A stretch of DNA of 64,000 nt from Emiliania huxleyi CCMP1516. Lineage: Eukaryota. A model generated the notes under the pieces. It saw only the letters and a list, made by a program, of their open reading frames with translations, did not search any database and was not told the origin of the DNA. The translations under genes and the position numbers were made by a program. Shown one piece after another: positions 24,160 through 36,548 of this stretch (positions are counted from its first letter, which is position 1; the number at the start of each line of letters is the position of its first letter). The stretch is from NCBI RefSeq assembly GCF_000372725.1, contig NW_005202428.1:2952670-3016669 (forward strand), read 5' to 3'.

Positions 24160-27100
24160 TCAGGTGACAAGTTCCTCAACAATCACAACAAACGTGCAAA
24201 GATACGCTCAGTGCTCGAGTTCGGGATGAAGGCCTCTGAGGGAGGGTGTAGAGGATGTAGAGTGTAGAGCACTGTAGAGCTGTAGAGATGTAGAGCGCTG
24301 GAGAGCGCTGTAGAGCTGTAGAGCTCTACATCCGCCGCGTGACGAACTGCGTGCGTTGTAGAGCGATGTAGAGCGCGATTTTGCTGTAGAGTTTGTTGTA
24401 GAGGCTCTACAGCCAAACCGCCGGGAAGGCAGTGACTCAAAGAGGTCGAGCCGCGCTAATGGGGTGTCTCCGAGCTTACTGGAGCTCTGATGGACGGCCC
24501 TGACTATCCCTGACACACAGAGAGTCACTCTGACGGCACATAACACCCTATAACTGCGTCATGACCAGCCTGCCATGTGTCGCCGGTGCCGCATTCGTCG
24601 CTGTGCTTCTTTAGCAGGCGGTGGACTGTCGGCTGCGAGGACGGTCGCATTTGCACGAGGCGAGGCGAGCATTCAGGCGCGTTGCATGCGCCATGCCTCG
24701 CGCCAGCGCGTGCGGGAGCTCCTGGCTGAGCGTTGAGTCCAGGCGAGTTGCGCTGGCCACTATCGCTACGCCGAGCCGAGCTGACGCGCCGAGGCGCCGG
24801 CCAGTCGCAGCCGTGAGGCATGCCACAGCAGCAGAGGCACCTGCCACCCATTGGGCGGGCAGACAGAAGGCCAGGGCAGCACTGGCAAGTGCAACGCGCC
24901 TCATGTCGGAGAGCGACCGTGCCTCGTTCGCCGCTTATGATGTAGAGTTTGTTGTGACTGTGATCTGTGAGGGTCCGCCCGCAGGCGCATTTTGTATACC
25001 GAGGCGGTGCCCGGTGCCGAGCGCAGGCACAGAGCCCACAGGTCGGACCTTAAGACAGCGTTGTAGATCCCTGGGCGAGGCAGGGTGGTGGAGAGGGCGG
25101 TCCGGCGGCGGAGCAACCACCTCCTCCCGACGTGTCGGCACAGGCAGGATGTCATCCCCCGTGATCCAGACCGCCCCGTTGGAGGTAGGCCGCTCGTCTA
25201 GCCAATCAGCCTTTTAAGCGAGCGGCCTGGCCGTTGGAATGGCCGGGGTGGAGAGAGGGGCGGGGCCTCAATGACCTAGTTGCCCGGCCGGGCGTTCGGA
25301 CTCTTCCCGTGCGGGGCCTCGGCGTCCTAGTAATCCGGCCGGCCGTTCGGTCTCTTCCCCGTGAGTCCCCCTCTCGCCGGGTTGTAGTATGTAGACGTGT
25401 GCCGCTGGGATCAAGCCAGTACGCCCGAGGGCGACGGTCCCCCGGTAGTAGACGTTGGCGCCGAGGAGTTTGTAGAGATTTCACGTTGTAGAGCGCCTCT
25501 ACATCGCTCTACAACGCACGCAGTTCGTCCCACGGCTGATGTAGAGCTCTACAGCTCTACAGCGCTCTACAGCGCTCTCCAGCGCTCTACATCTCTACAG
25601 CTCTACAGCGCTCTACACTCTACATCCTCTACACCCTCCCTCAGGAAGGCCTTCGGCGGCAACCCCAACGCGCCCGGCACCGAGGACGGCGCCCGAGGTG
25701 CCATCTTCGTCGTCGCCTCGACGATCCTCGTCACCTGCCGGCCGAGCGGCTCGCCGCGCTACACGACCGACCAGATGGTTGAGCGCGCCGCCACCATCGC
25801 CCACTCGCCCGACGGCTTCCTGGCCCTCTGGAAAGAACTGGCACTCTCCGCCTCCGTCCCGCCCACCCCACTGGAGCAGGGCGACGCTGCCGACTCGCCG
25901 GGCCCCTCGCAGCCTTCCATGGAACAGATGGTCAATAGGGCCCACTACTACGCGAACCGGGGCGAGTTCGGCAAGGCGTGGGCGGCCTTCTCGCCCTCCA
26001 CGCCCGCTGACGGCCGCGACGCCAAGGTTGTCGCCAACTACCTCGGCAAGACGCCGCAAGCGCGGGCCCCGCTTGCCAGTGTCACCGCCGACGAACCAGG
26101 CGCCGCGCGGTACGACCTGAAGAGAAAGTCGTTCAACAAGTTCGCAAAGTCTTTGCCTCGCGCCCAAAAGGGCGGCCCGACCCAAGTCGACTACGAGCTC
26201 GTCCGCATCATCACCGAGTCGACCGACGGGGCGGACTGCCTCTTCAACTTCTGCACCTCCTTTAGCTGGGGTGTCATGCACGAGCGTCTCAAGCGGCTTG
26301 AGGACGACCTCAACGCCGTCTGCCTCTGGAACGAAGGACGATGGCGTCAGCTGCAGGCCCCTCGGGCTCTGCAGCATCTTCACGCGCTCAGCCGAACGGT
26401 GCATCGCGCTCCAGGAGCGCGACTGGGCGGAGCAGTTCTGCACCACGCAGCTTCCTGAGGTTGCCAAGGTCAGGGCGGAGGCACTCGAGGACGCGCCACC
26501 GTCACCACCGCCACCGCAGAAGCCGCGTACACTTCGAGGTGCATCACGCACGGACACGGCTCGGCCGAGGCGACGGCCGCTCTCGCCGACCTCGAGGCGG
26601 CCGAGGCGGCGGAGGTGCGCGCCCGTGCGCCTGTCAACTTCCCAAAGAACTACGCGTTCTACAAGAACGGCACTCACCTGTACGCCCACACACCGTCGCG
26701 GGGTGGCACGGCACGAAGCCGGAGAACGCGACCATCTCGCTTCTCGGGTGACAAGGAGAACTTTTACAACACGATCGCGCAGGCGCTCACGGCCGACAAC
26801 AAGCCTGACCCCAACGGCTGTGGGCGCGTCAAGCTCCTCGACTGGATCCGCAAGCGACGCCCTGACCTCCTACCCGTCGCTCGCCTCATCATGGGCACGC
26901 CCAGCTTCATCCGCCTTGTCAAGGCCGAGGGCGCCTTGCGGCTGCCTTCCGCCGACGGCGATGACCTGGGCTTCTCCGCCGCGCCGATTGGGACCCGCTC
27001 TCCCTCGAGTGCCCCGACTACAACGACCCCAACTACGCCAAGTCCGCCTGCGGGGTCATCCAGGGACGTGCGCTGTCCACCATCCTCAGCGTCTGCTTCC

Positions 27101-27525
27101 TCCACGAGATCTGCCACTCCGTCAGGACACTGCTACGTCAAGGCGCATCGCGGTTTCTACCACGACGCGATCTTTGTCAAGCGCAACAACTTCAACCTGC
27201 TCTGCTGCTCCACGAGACGTTCGGCGGCGGCTTCTCGCCCACCGCTGTCCTCAAGCTGCGCCGCCTCGCGCGCAAGGTCGCGCGCGGCAGCGTCGACCGC
27301 ACGGCCTACTCGCCCAAGTACGCGCTCTCTTTTATGTCCCCACCATGCAGAGCGCATCTCTCTCTCTCTGTTGTGCGAGGCGTGAACCGCGCCATTCGCT
27401 CTCACCTGGCAACCCTGTCTGCACGTCTCGCGCGCGCGTGAACAGGGCTCCAGGCCCCAAATGATGTGTGAGTGTTAGAGTTGTTTGTTTGTTTGTTTGG
27501 TTGGTATTTATTGCAAAAATCTCTC
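24160..27525 (+). mobile_element. Degenerate CRE-clade-like non-LTR retrotransposon (RT N-terminal part + RLE C-terminus; frameshifts and internal deletion)
   Basis: The frame GDKFLNN...EFGMKA|FGGNPNA is restored after removing 24236-25652. Motifs RGEFGKAWAAF, SLPRAQKGGPT, SCRPLGLCSIFTRSAERC and GDKENFYNTI are RT0-2-like. LLHETFGGGFSPTAVLKLRRLAR resembles the RLE C-terminus. (TTTG)n/(TC)n 3' end. No YxDD seen. Confidence 0.7.
24236..25644. mobile_element. Long-TIR non-autonomous transposon with 8-bp TSD, inserted in the CRE-like ORF
   Basis: TSD GAAGGCCT at 24228-24235 and 25645-25652; about 140-bp TIRs CTGAGGGAGGGTGTAGAG... built of TGTAGAG units; solo related end at about 23900-23964. Confidence 0.92.
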
Positions 27526-27700
27526 ACTTTGACACTCACTGTTCGAAATTTACAATGAAACTCCTCTCACGACACTAGGCACGGGAGTGGCGCGAATTGG
27601 CACAAAGAGTGTCGCGCAGGGCTCAACGGTAAATACACTAGAGGAGAAAAAGAAAACGACTTTCGGTCGTATCCAGGTAACTTCTGCCTAGCGGCGAAGC

Positions 27701-29261
27701 ATGCTGGGCTTGATCTCGCTGACCAGCAGCGGTGCGCTGCTTGCGGACCCCGTGGCTTTGCCCTCCTGCCGTGGGGCAACGCGCTCGCCCCCGTCGCTCG
27801 TGCTGCTCGCTGCGCCCGCGCCCAACCGGCGCGATGCGCTCGCTGGCGCGGCCCTCGCGGGCGCTTCGCTCGCGGCGACGCCAACTAGTGCGCAGGCCGC
27901 AGCCAAGGCGCCCACGTGGGCGCCGGTTCAGCTTCCGCTCGCAACCGAGGCGCCCATTCTCTTCGACATCGAGTTCGACGAGGCCAACCCGAAGAACGGC
28001 TTCATCGTGGGCAACAAGGGCACCTTCCTGCAGACCACGGATGGCGGCAGCTCCTGGCAGGCCAAGTCGTTCGCCAACCTGGACCCGGACGAGGAGATCA
28101 ACTACCGCTTCACAAAGATGAGCTTCCGTGACGGCGAGGGCTGGATCATCGGCAAGCCCGCCATCCTGCTGCACACCCGCGACTCGGGCGCCTCGTGGGA
28201 GCGCGTGCCGCTCTCGCCAAAGCTGCCCGGCGACCCGTACAACGTGGTGGCGCTCGGGCCGGGCAAGGCGGAGATGTCCACCTCGGCAGGCGCCATCTAC
28301 ACCACCGACAACTCTGGCCGCAACTGGAAGGCCCAGGTGCGCGAGACGATTGACGCGACGCTCAACCGGGTCTCTTCGTCGGGCGTGCAGGGCGCCTCGT
28401 ACTTCTCGGGGAGCATCAACGACATCCAACGCGACGCGGACGGCTCGTACCTGGCGGTCTCGTCGCGCGGCAACTTCTACCTCACCTACCGGCCCGGCGA
28501 CGAGTTTTGGATCCCTCACAACCGCGGGTCGTCGAGGCGCGCGGCCGACGCGAGCCGGCCACCCGCTGCCGCTGGGCGCGGCTACTGACAGGTCCCTGGC
28601 ACGGCTGTAGGCGCATCACTTCGATGGGGTGCTCGCGCGGCAGCGGGCCGCCGTGCGAAGGGCGCCCCCTCCCTCCCACCCCTCGCCTCCCTCCATCTCA
28701 GGTTCGTCAAGTCGCGCCTCGCCGACGGGCTCTGGATGTCGACGGCGGGCGGAGAGATCTCAAAGACGACGTCGGGCCAGCCGGTGGACACGCAGCTGAT
28801 CGACATCCCCTTCGACCGCTGCCAGATCAAGTCGGGCGGCTACGGCATCCTCGACGTCCTCTTCCTCAAGGTTCAGCCGCCCTCGCAGCCGCGGCCGCCC
28901 ACCCCCCGGCCTCCCCTCCTCCGACCCTAACCCTGACCCTAACCCACACCCAGCCCCCGGCCTCCCCTCCTCCGACCCGCGCCCGGCGCCGCCTCGCCGC
29001 AGGACTCCAACAAGGCGTGGGCGGTCGGAGGAGGCGGGACCATCTTTGGCTCCACCGACGGAGGCAGGTCCTGGCAGAAGGACAAGTCGGCGGACGACTT
29101 GCCAACCAACCTGTACAAGATCAAGTCCTTCTCCAACGGGCGCGTCTACATCCTCGGCTCAAACGGCGCGCTCTCCCCTCGCCGCGCGCTCGGGCCGCAG
29201 ACCTGCACGCGGCTGAGCACTGCCCGCCGCCGCAGGCGTCCTCCTCTCGAACACGGCCTAG
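27701..29261 (+). CDS. HCF136: Photosystem II assembly factor HCF136/Ycf48, plastid-targeted, multi-exon
   Basis: Twin-Arg NRRDAL presequence; GFIVGNKGTFLQTTDGG, GWIIGKPAILLHT, RVPLSPKLPG, YLAVSSRGNFYLT, WIPHNR. Confidence 0.95.
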
Positions 29262-29750
29262 GCACGCCAGCCCCCTCCTCCTCTCTTGGCGGCTCCGGCA
29301 GCGCCCTCACCGCTTGGGCCTGCTCAGCATCGTAACGACAGCGTGACGCTCCGAGGGAAGGGCATCTGGGAGCGGCCTGTCGGTCGGCGCCGGTGCCGGG
29401 CCGGGTCCTCCAAGGCCACTACGTAGATTTGCACAGGCTTTGGCGCATGCGCTCATGGGGAGGGCCGGGGGAGCGGGCGGTCGGTGGGGCCGTGCTTGTG
29501 TGGCATTTTGAGATTGAGTGACGCGCTCCCTCCATGATTCTTGATCGTGGCGCGAGAACGAGAGGTACGCGCGCCTATGTGTGTTCAAAAATTTCGATAG
29601 CACACTGGGCTCACATTACACATATACCGCCACGGGGGTGACGCGGACGAGGACGGTGGACGCGCTCACGCACACGTCCGAAAAGAGAGTACAGACAAAG
29701 AATCGGAGCAGCTACGTGTCTCTCGGCGGGAGCTCAGTGTAGCAAGCCTT

Positions 29751-30355
29751 CTAGTACTTTGCCTTCCGGCCCTGGCAGTCAAGCTGGACGAGATGTGGAC
29801 ACAGCTGGCGCACGGTCGCCTCTGAGAGGTCGATGGTGCCCACACAGCCATTCATGTTGAGCTGGCGGAGCGCCGCGCCGGAGGTGTGCAGCAGCGGCGT
29901 GAGCGACTCGGGCGGGAGCACGCGGCAGCCAAAGAGGTTGAGGGTGTCGAGGCGAGCTGCCGCTGGCGCGCGCATCGCGTGGAGCGCCTTGCACTGCGCC
30001 AAGTTGAGCGAGCGAAGGACGGCGCACCGGCCGAGGAAGACCTCGCCGAGCGTGCGGCAGCCCGACGCGTTGAGCGAGGAGAGGAGCGGCGCGCGGACGA
30101 CGAGGAGGGAGAGCACCGTGCACTGCGAGACGTTGAGGCGCGCGAGGCTGGCGCAGCTCACCTGCAGCACCCCGAGCCGGGACCAGCCGCGCAGAGAAAG
30201 CTGCACCAGCGGCGGCAGCCTCTCGAGCCGCATTCGCCGCCGGCTGACCACGTCCACCGTCTCCACGGCTAGCGCCAGGGCCGCCGCCGCCGCCGCGTCG
30301 GCCTCCGCCTCCGCCGCAGAAGGCGAAGCCGCCGCCGCCACCTCTGGCGAACCCG

Positions 30356-30423
<68 letters not shown>

Positions 30424-31714
30424 TCGTTGCCATTTCCCATCAGGGCCGCCGCCGCCGCCGCCGTCGCTCGAGGCGGGGCCGCGCTCACCCCAGCAGCGCG
30501 GCGGGCTTGGAGCCGGTCGCCGCAGAAACTGCTTTCACAGGGGGGGGGGGGGGGGGTCCCCCAGGGAGGGGAGATGGGGAGACCGGCCAAGTGGGTAAGG
30601 GGCGGGGCCCGGCCTGAAATCGGCTTCTGTGAGGCCTGCGCACCGCTGCAGCAGCGAGGTCACCTGAGGGGATGTCGGGGGATAATGCAGCCGGCGGAGA
30701 TGGGCTGGGAAGGCGCGGGCGGCGCGCGCTATCTCTTGCGAGAGCTGCGGGTTCTCGGCGAGCGAGAGCGAGGTGAGGCGCGGCAGGCTCCCCAGCCGCT
30801 CGGCGAGGGCGTCGTTGAGCGCGGGGCAGCTGTTGAGGGCGAGGGAGCTCAGCTGCGCAAGCTCGGCCGGGAGGTCGAACAGCACCTCCTGCACCGCGTC
30901 GACGAGCGGCACGTCGCAGCCCGAGCGAGGCGCGCCCGCGCCAGAAATGCGGAGCGAAGCGAGGCGTCGCGCCGCAGGCTGGCTGAGCGCCTGCGAGAGC
31001 AGGCTCGCGCCGACGTCGCCGGCGGCGTCGAGCGAGAGGGAGTGGAGGCCGCTCGCCTACAAGACATGTGTCGGACATGTGTCGGACATGCCTCGGACAG
31101 AGCGAGAGGGAGTGGAGGCCGCGCGCAGCGCGGAGCAGCGAGAGCACCCGCCGGTTGCTCCACCCCTTGAGCTCGCGCTCGTGCCGCAGCTCGCGCAGGG
31201 AGGAGAGGTGCTGCGCCTGCAGGAGGGAAGCCGCCGCCGGCTGCTCGGGCGGTGGGCGCGGTGCGGCGTTGGTATTCGGCGGGGCGCGCACCACGAGCAC
31301 GCGAGTGCTCTTGCACGCGAGAGCGAGGCTTCCGAGCGCCTGGAGGGGCAGGCTGGCGAGGAGCGGGCCGAGGAGCTCCGAGGGAAGCAGGGCGAAGCTG
31401 GTGTCGTCGCCCTCCTCCTCGCTGCTGCCGCTGGGCTGAGTGCCCTCGGCGCCGAGAGAGGCGGACAGCTCGAGCAGCCGGCTGACGAGGGTGTCCATGT
31501 CGTCTCCGTGCACGGCAGCGAGCTCGGCTACTCGCTCGCGCGGCACGGCGGGCGCCAAGGCGCACAGCTCGAGCGCCAGCGGCGAGTCGGCGGCGGCGGG
31601 CTGCGATGAGGGCTCGAAGCTAGAGCCGCCTCCGCCACCGCCGCCACCATGGGCGCTGTTGAGCTGCAGCTCGTAGCGAAAGCTCGTCCTCTTCTTGGCC
31701 TTGCCTTTCGCCAT
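29751..31714 (-). CDS. CUE-like + F-box + leucine-rich-repeat protein, multi-exon
   Basis: LCALAPAVPRERVAELAAVHGDDMDTLVSRLLEL (CUE-like); LLPSELLGPLLASLPLQALGSLALACK (F-box); LRRs LSSLNASGC, LRSLNLAQC, LDTLNLFGC. Confidence 0.75.
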
Positions 31715-32039
31715 GGGGCCGACCGCCAACGCCTGGTCTCTCTTTATGACAACCGCGTAGAGCGAGCGCAGCAGAGCTTGGCAACCTTAGTGGCCGCAGG
31801 GGGGTCACACGCCCGTCGGGCGTGAACTACCGGGTAGTCGCGGCGTGGGATCGCAAGCGCGCGAAGAAAATTTTACATGTACTCCTCCGGATCCCCTACC
31901 CAGCGACACCTCGAGATAGGATTTGCGCGGTGTTCGGCAGGGAGAGACAAATGGGGGGGGGGAAGAGAGAAAGAGAAATTCACCCGCGCTGGCGGCGCCT
32001 GGCACCACCCACTGCCTCTGCTGTCTCTCATTCTCTGAT

Positions 32040-34552
32040 ATGCCGCCTCGTGACTCCGAGCGGAAGAAGCACAGGTCTCGCCGCCACGACTCGTCCGAGA
32101 GCGAAAGCGGCGACAAGAAGAAGCGGCGGCGCGAGCGCAGCCGCAAGGACGAGGAGCGCTCGCGCTCGCGCTCCGCCGACAGTGAGGAGCGCAAGCGCAA
32201 GCGCCGCGACAGGGACAAGGAGCGCAAGCGCGACGATGAGCGCGAGGAGCGCCCCGCCGCCGGTGCGGGCGGCGACGAGGCCGCCGGCGGCGGCGCGCCA
32301 CCACAGCCGGCGACGGAGGCAACGGAGCCCAAGGGCGGCTCTGCGTTGTCGGGCGACAAGGCGGCGGCGGGCGACAAGGCGGCGGGCGGCGCCGGCGGAG
32401 ATGCGGGCGAGGGCGGGCGCGAGGGTGGCGAGGGCGGGCGGAGCCGCAGGGACGGCGACGACAGGCCGCGGGAGCGACGCGACCGCAGCCGAGAGCGCGA
32501 CCGGCGCGACCGCGACCGCGACCGGCGGGAGCGCAGGTCGCGCTCCCGGGACAGGGACCGGCGCGATCGGGACCGGCGCGAGCGCAGCCGCGACCGGGGC
32601 AGGCGCCACGACGAGGAGGAGCCGCGCAAGCGCCGGTCCGGCTTCAGCTCCGGCTGGGACCTCTCCTCGAACCAGGCGCCGGCGTGGCCCTCTGCGGCGT
32701 GGGGCCCTCTGGAGAGAACCTCTGGAGAGATCGCCGGCCAGCGCAGCGCGGCCCGCGCCGACCAAGTCCCGCGCGCCAGCCCTCCACCCACCCCACCGAC
32801 CGCTCCCGCCACTGCACTGCCCGCAGGTGCAGACAGGGCCCGACGTGGCGATGCCGCTCATCTCGCCGCAGCTGATGCAGGAGACGCGGCTCGGGAGGCG
32901 CGTGTACGTGGGCAACACGCCTGTCGAGGCGCGGAGCAGCCCGTCCTACGGCGACCCGCAGGGGGCAGCGACCGCTGAGCCCTCCCTCCCCCCCCCTCCC
33001 CCCCCCCAATCCTTTCGCAGGCATCCTCCGACGAGATTTGCGGCTACCTCAACGACGCGATGGTCAAGATCGGGCTCCAAAAGTGGAGCGGGCCGCCCAT
33101 CCTGCAGGCCCCGACCCTGCCCCCTCGCCACCTCCTCCCCTCCCCTCCCCGTCCTCCCACCGCCCTCCGCTCCTCCCCTCCTCCAAGGTTGCGCACCAGG
33201 GCGGCGGCTTCGCTTTCCTCGAGCTGAGGGACGTGCACGAGGAGGGAGATAGCCGGGAGAGAGCAGGGAGATAGCCGGGAGAGAGCAGGGAGAGAGCCGG
33301 GAGAGAGCAGGGAGAGAGCCCTTGGGCTGAGGGTTTTGCGCGAGTCGGGCGGGCTCCCTTCTCCTCTTCGACGGCACCTGCAGGACACGTCGTCCCAGGC
33401 AGGGCCGAGCCGTGCACGGTTGTCCCGTAGGCGAGCGCCCTCCTCCTCTTCGACGGCATGGACTACCGAGGCAGGCAGCTCAAGGTCCGCCGGCCGACCG
33501 ACTACCAGCCGCCGCCGCAAAAGGTCGAGGCCCGGCCCTCCCCCCGACCCGCCGCGCCGCCGCCGCGCCGCCTGCCGCCGAGCTAACTCTAACCCTAACC
33601 CGAACCCTGCCGCCGAGCTCCGCCTGCCTCGCCGCAGGCTCTCTCCCTCGTCCACCCTCCCTCGCCGGGCACGCTGCTGCACTCGGCGCTCAACGGGCTC
33701 ACACGCATCAAGGGCGTCGTCTCCTCGGACGTGCCCGACGGGCCGAACAAGGTCTTCCTCGGCAACGTGCCAAACCACCTGACCAACGTCGAGGCGCGGC
33801 AAACCCTCGCGTCGCTCCCCCCATCACACCGGCACACGGCCCTCTCACGGGCACGCCTCACACCGGCACGCCTCTCACGGGCACGCCCGCCGTCGCCCAA
33901 CCGCAGGTGCGGCGCATCGCCGAGTTCTTCGGGCCGCTGAAAGGCTTCCACCTTCTCACCGACGCGGCCGACGCGCGCAACAAGGGCACCGCCCCGCACC
34001 GCCCGCCTCTGCCCCCGCCCCCGCCGCAGCCCCGACCCTGCCGCAGGCTGCGCCTTCCTCGAGTTCGACGACACCGACGGTGCCGCCGCGGAGAGCCGCC
34101 GCCGCAGCAAGTCTCGCGGCGTCGCTCAGCCGCCTCCGCCCCGCGACAGGCCTCTCCACCGACGAGGCGGTCGCAGGGCTGCACGGGCTCGAGGTCGGCG
34201 GCCGGTTCCTCACCTGCGAGCGATCGTACAAGCACTCCGAGCAAGAGATGGGCGGCCGGGGCAGGCACATCCCTCAGGCGCGCCTCGACCCCCCCCCCCC
34301 CTGTCGCCCCTTCGCCCCGCCGCAGCGCTCCTGACGGGGCCGTCCGTTTGCCAGGTCGCGCTCGGCACCAGCGGCTACGGGTCGGGGACCGCGGCTCCGC
34401 CCGCCCTGACGATGAAGCCGCCGCCGCCGCCTGGAGGGGGCTACGGCGCACCATCGCCGGGCGCCGGCGGCTTCAGCCCGACCAACCCGATGGCGCGGCT
34501 TCCCGGGTTTGTCGCCGGCGGCGTCGTCCCAGCCACGATGCGGCCACACTAA
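32040..34552 (+). CDS. U2AF large subunit-like splicing factor (RS domain + 2 RRMs), many introns
   Basis: RS/RD-rich N-terminus; RRVYVGN, FAFLELR, LFDGMDYRGRQLKVRRPTDYQP, VVSSDVPDGPNKVFLGNVP, FGPLKGFHL, AVAGLHGLEVGGRFLTCER. Confidence 0.85.
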
Positions 34553-35416
34553 TTGAGTGTCTCAGGGGCATGCGCCGGCGAGGGGGCAGGAGCAGGTGGT
34601 CAGCCCGGTGGCGGCAGGGTTGGGCGAGTACGAGCGTGCCGCGATGAGTTCGAGTACTGACGTCGACGAGCTACGGCATCATCACTTGCTCGCCGAGGCT
34701 GGCTTGCGCGCGCGGGGGGGGGGGGGGGGGGCACCGAGATCTCACAATTGATCTTTGATGTGTTGAGCTGTGGGCTGCGCGCGCCCCCCCCAGGCCCCCG
34801 CTCTCCGCTCTCGCCCGCCTCTTTCTCTCTCGCGGTATCTGGTCGTTTTTCAGATTTCACGTTTACTCGTTGCGAGTCACATTTTTTTATTTTTGCACGG
34901 GGTCTCGCTCGTCGCTGGCTCCGGCGCGCACACTCGGCGACACACTCGGGGGGGACGGGTGGACCGGGGCACCGGGCAGGCGGGCTCACCCTGCACCCTG
35001 GCACACGCTCACCCCCTCACACGGGGCGGCGAGCCACTCGAAAGTCAAAACCGTATATACACTGCACAACGGCACACGGCGACGTAGCGATCACGAACTA
35101 AATACCGCTATCCGCTAATAGTTAATAGTTAAATAGAGGCCCCCGCACGCGGGTCGCGGCACACGGCCGCCGCCACGGGGCGCGCGCCCGCCCCGCGCCC
35201 GGAGAGAGAAAGAAGAGGGGCAGAGAGCTCTGCTGCACTGCTGGTTGGTGCGCACCGACCGAGCGCTACACCGCACGCTGGCAGTGGGCCATACTGCGGT
35301 TCACAGCAGCCAGTGCTAATGCACAGGAGCCAATCAATCGCTCCCCGCGACGCACGCTCCACTCAACGAGAGAGCTTGGTAGGCGTGGAGACGGAGGCGG
35401 TCGAGAACGGAGAGAA

Positions 35417-36253
35417 TCAAGTGACGACGGCCGGAAGCGCAGCAAGGTAGCCGGAGAAGCGGTGGGAGAGTCGGTGCAACGCGGCCTCCTCCGAGGCGCG
35501 CGCCGAGCTCCCCCCCGATTTCAGCCAACGCATCTGCGCGCCCTTGCTGTTGAGCACGTAGACCGCGCTGATGGGCACCGGAAAGGCGGGCATCATCGGT
35601 GCCTTTGCGCTGATGGTCATCGTGGCGTCGCCCGCGAGGGTGGGGCACGCAAACTTGGTCGCCTTGACCTTGACCCCCTTGAGGAACGCGGCCGCGGCCG
35701 TCACCCCCTTGATTTCGCAAAACTCACCTCGCTTGGTGATGACGCCCGACATCTTGGTGTCCCAAAAGACCGTCCAAACCTCCACCGTGCGCGAGCATGG
35801 CTGGTCCAGCTCGAGGTGGACCTCCAAGCCCTTCGCGGTTCGCCTCTGCGACCACGCGACGATGCGGTCGGCCGGCACGATGTACGGCGGCACCCCGTGC
35901 TCCACTGCAAAGCGGCGGGCCGCGCTGTCGGGCGACTCCTGCTCCTGCTCCTGCTGCATCGGCTCGGTGCTCTCAGCGGCCGTCGGCTCGGCAAGCGACG
36001 GCGGCACGGCTTCCGCAGCCGCCCTCTCCGATGCCGCGGCCAGCCTCTCCGCCTCAACCTGGCCGGCATCCACCTCCTCGCGAGTCCAGAGCGCCTGCGG
36101 CTCACACCGCTTCTTCCTCTGTCTCGGGAACCAGGAGGCGGAGGAGCCTGACTTTTCGAGGATTAGCTCACACGAAGAGGAGAAGGAGAGGGTCGACCCC
36201 ACCGTCAGCGTCGACCCGAGCCACTTTGGGGAGGAACCCTTGCGGCGCAACAT
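35417..36253 (-). CDS. Hypothetical protein, intronless; start uncertain
   Basis: Long ORF with coding-like codon usage and a beta-rich C-terminal half (VEVWTVFWDTKMSGVITKRGEFCEIKGV). Confidence 0.55.
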   Translation of the reverse strand: MLRRKGSSPKWLGSTLTVGSTLSFSSSCELILEKSGSSASWFPRQRKKRCEPQALWTREEVDAGQVEAERLAAASERAAAEAVPPSLAEPTAAESTEPMQQEQEQESPDSAARRFAVEHGVPPYIVPADRIVAWSQRRTAKGLEVHLELDQPCSRTVEVWTVFWDTKMSGVITKRGEFCEIKGVTAAAAFLKGVKVKATKFACPTLAGDATMTISAKAPMMPAFPVPISAVYVLNSKGAQMRWLKSGGSSARASEEAALHRLSHRFSGYLAALPAVVT

Positions 36254-36548
36254 CGTGGGCGCGTCCTTGCTCTTTGGACTTACTCGGTAGAGCTTCAGCT
36301 GGTCTTTTGTTGCTTTCTGTCTTTCTTTGTTTAGGGAGGGTGGTACCTTTTGTGAAACTGAAACGCGGAACGCGATCTGTCTCGCGTTCCTCAACGCTTG
36401 CGATTCAGCTGTCGCGCCGCTGGATGATCTTGCTCAGCTCGCCGAGCTCGACCTGAACGGTCAGCGGCGCGACCGCTGAATCGCAGCCGTTCGAGAGATT
36501 TGTTGCCGTGTTCGTGCTGCACGCATGCATCGTTGCAGTTTCACATTA

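Noticed and set aside
30340..30465. (GCC)n run as a non-coding microsatellite
   Set aside because: Reads as a poly-Ala tract in frame with the LRR exon of the F-box gene
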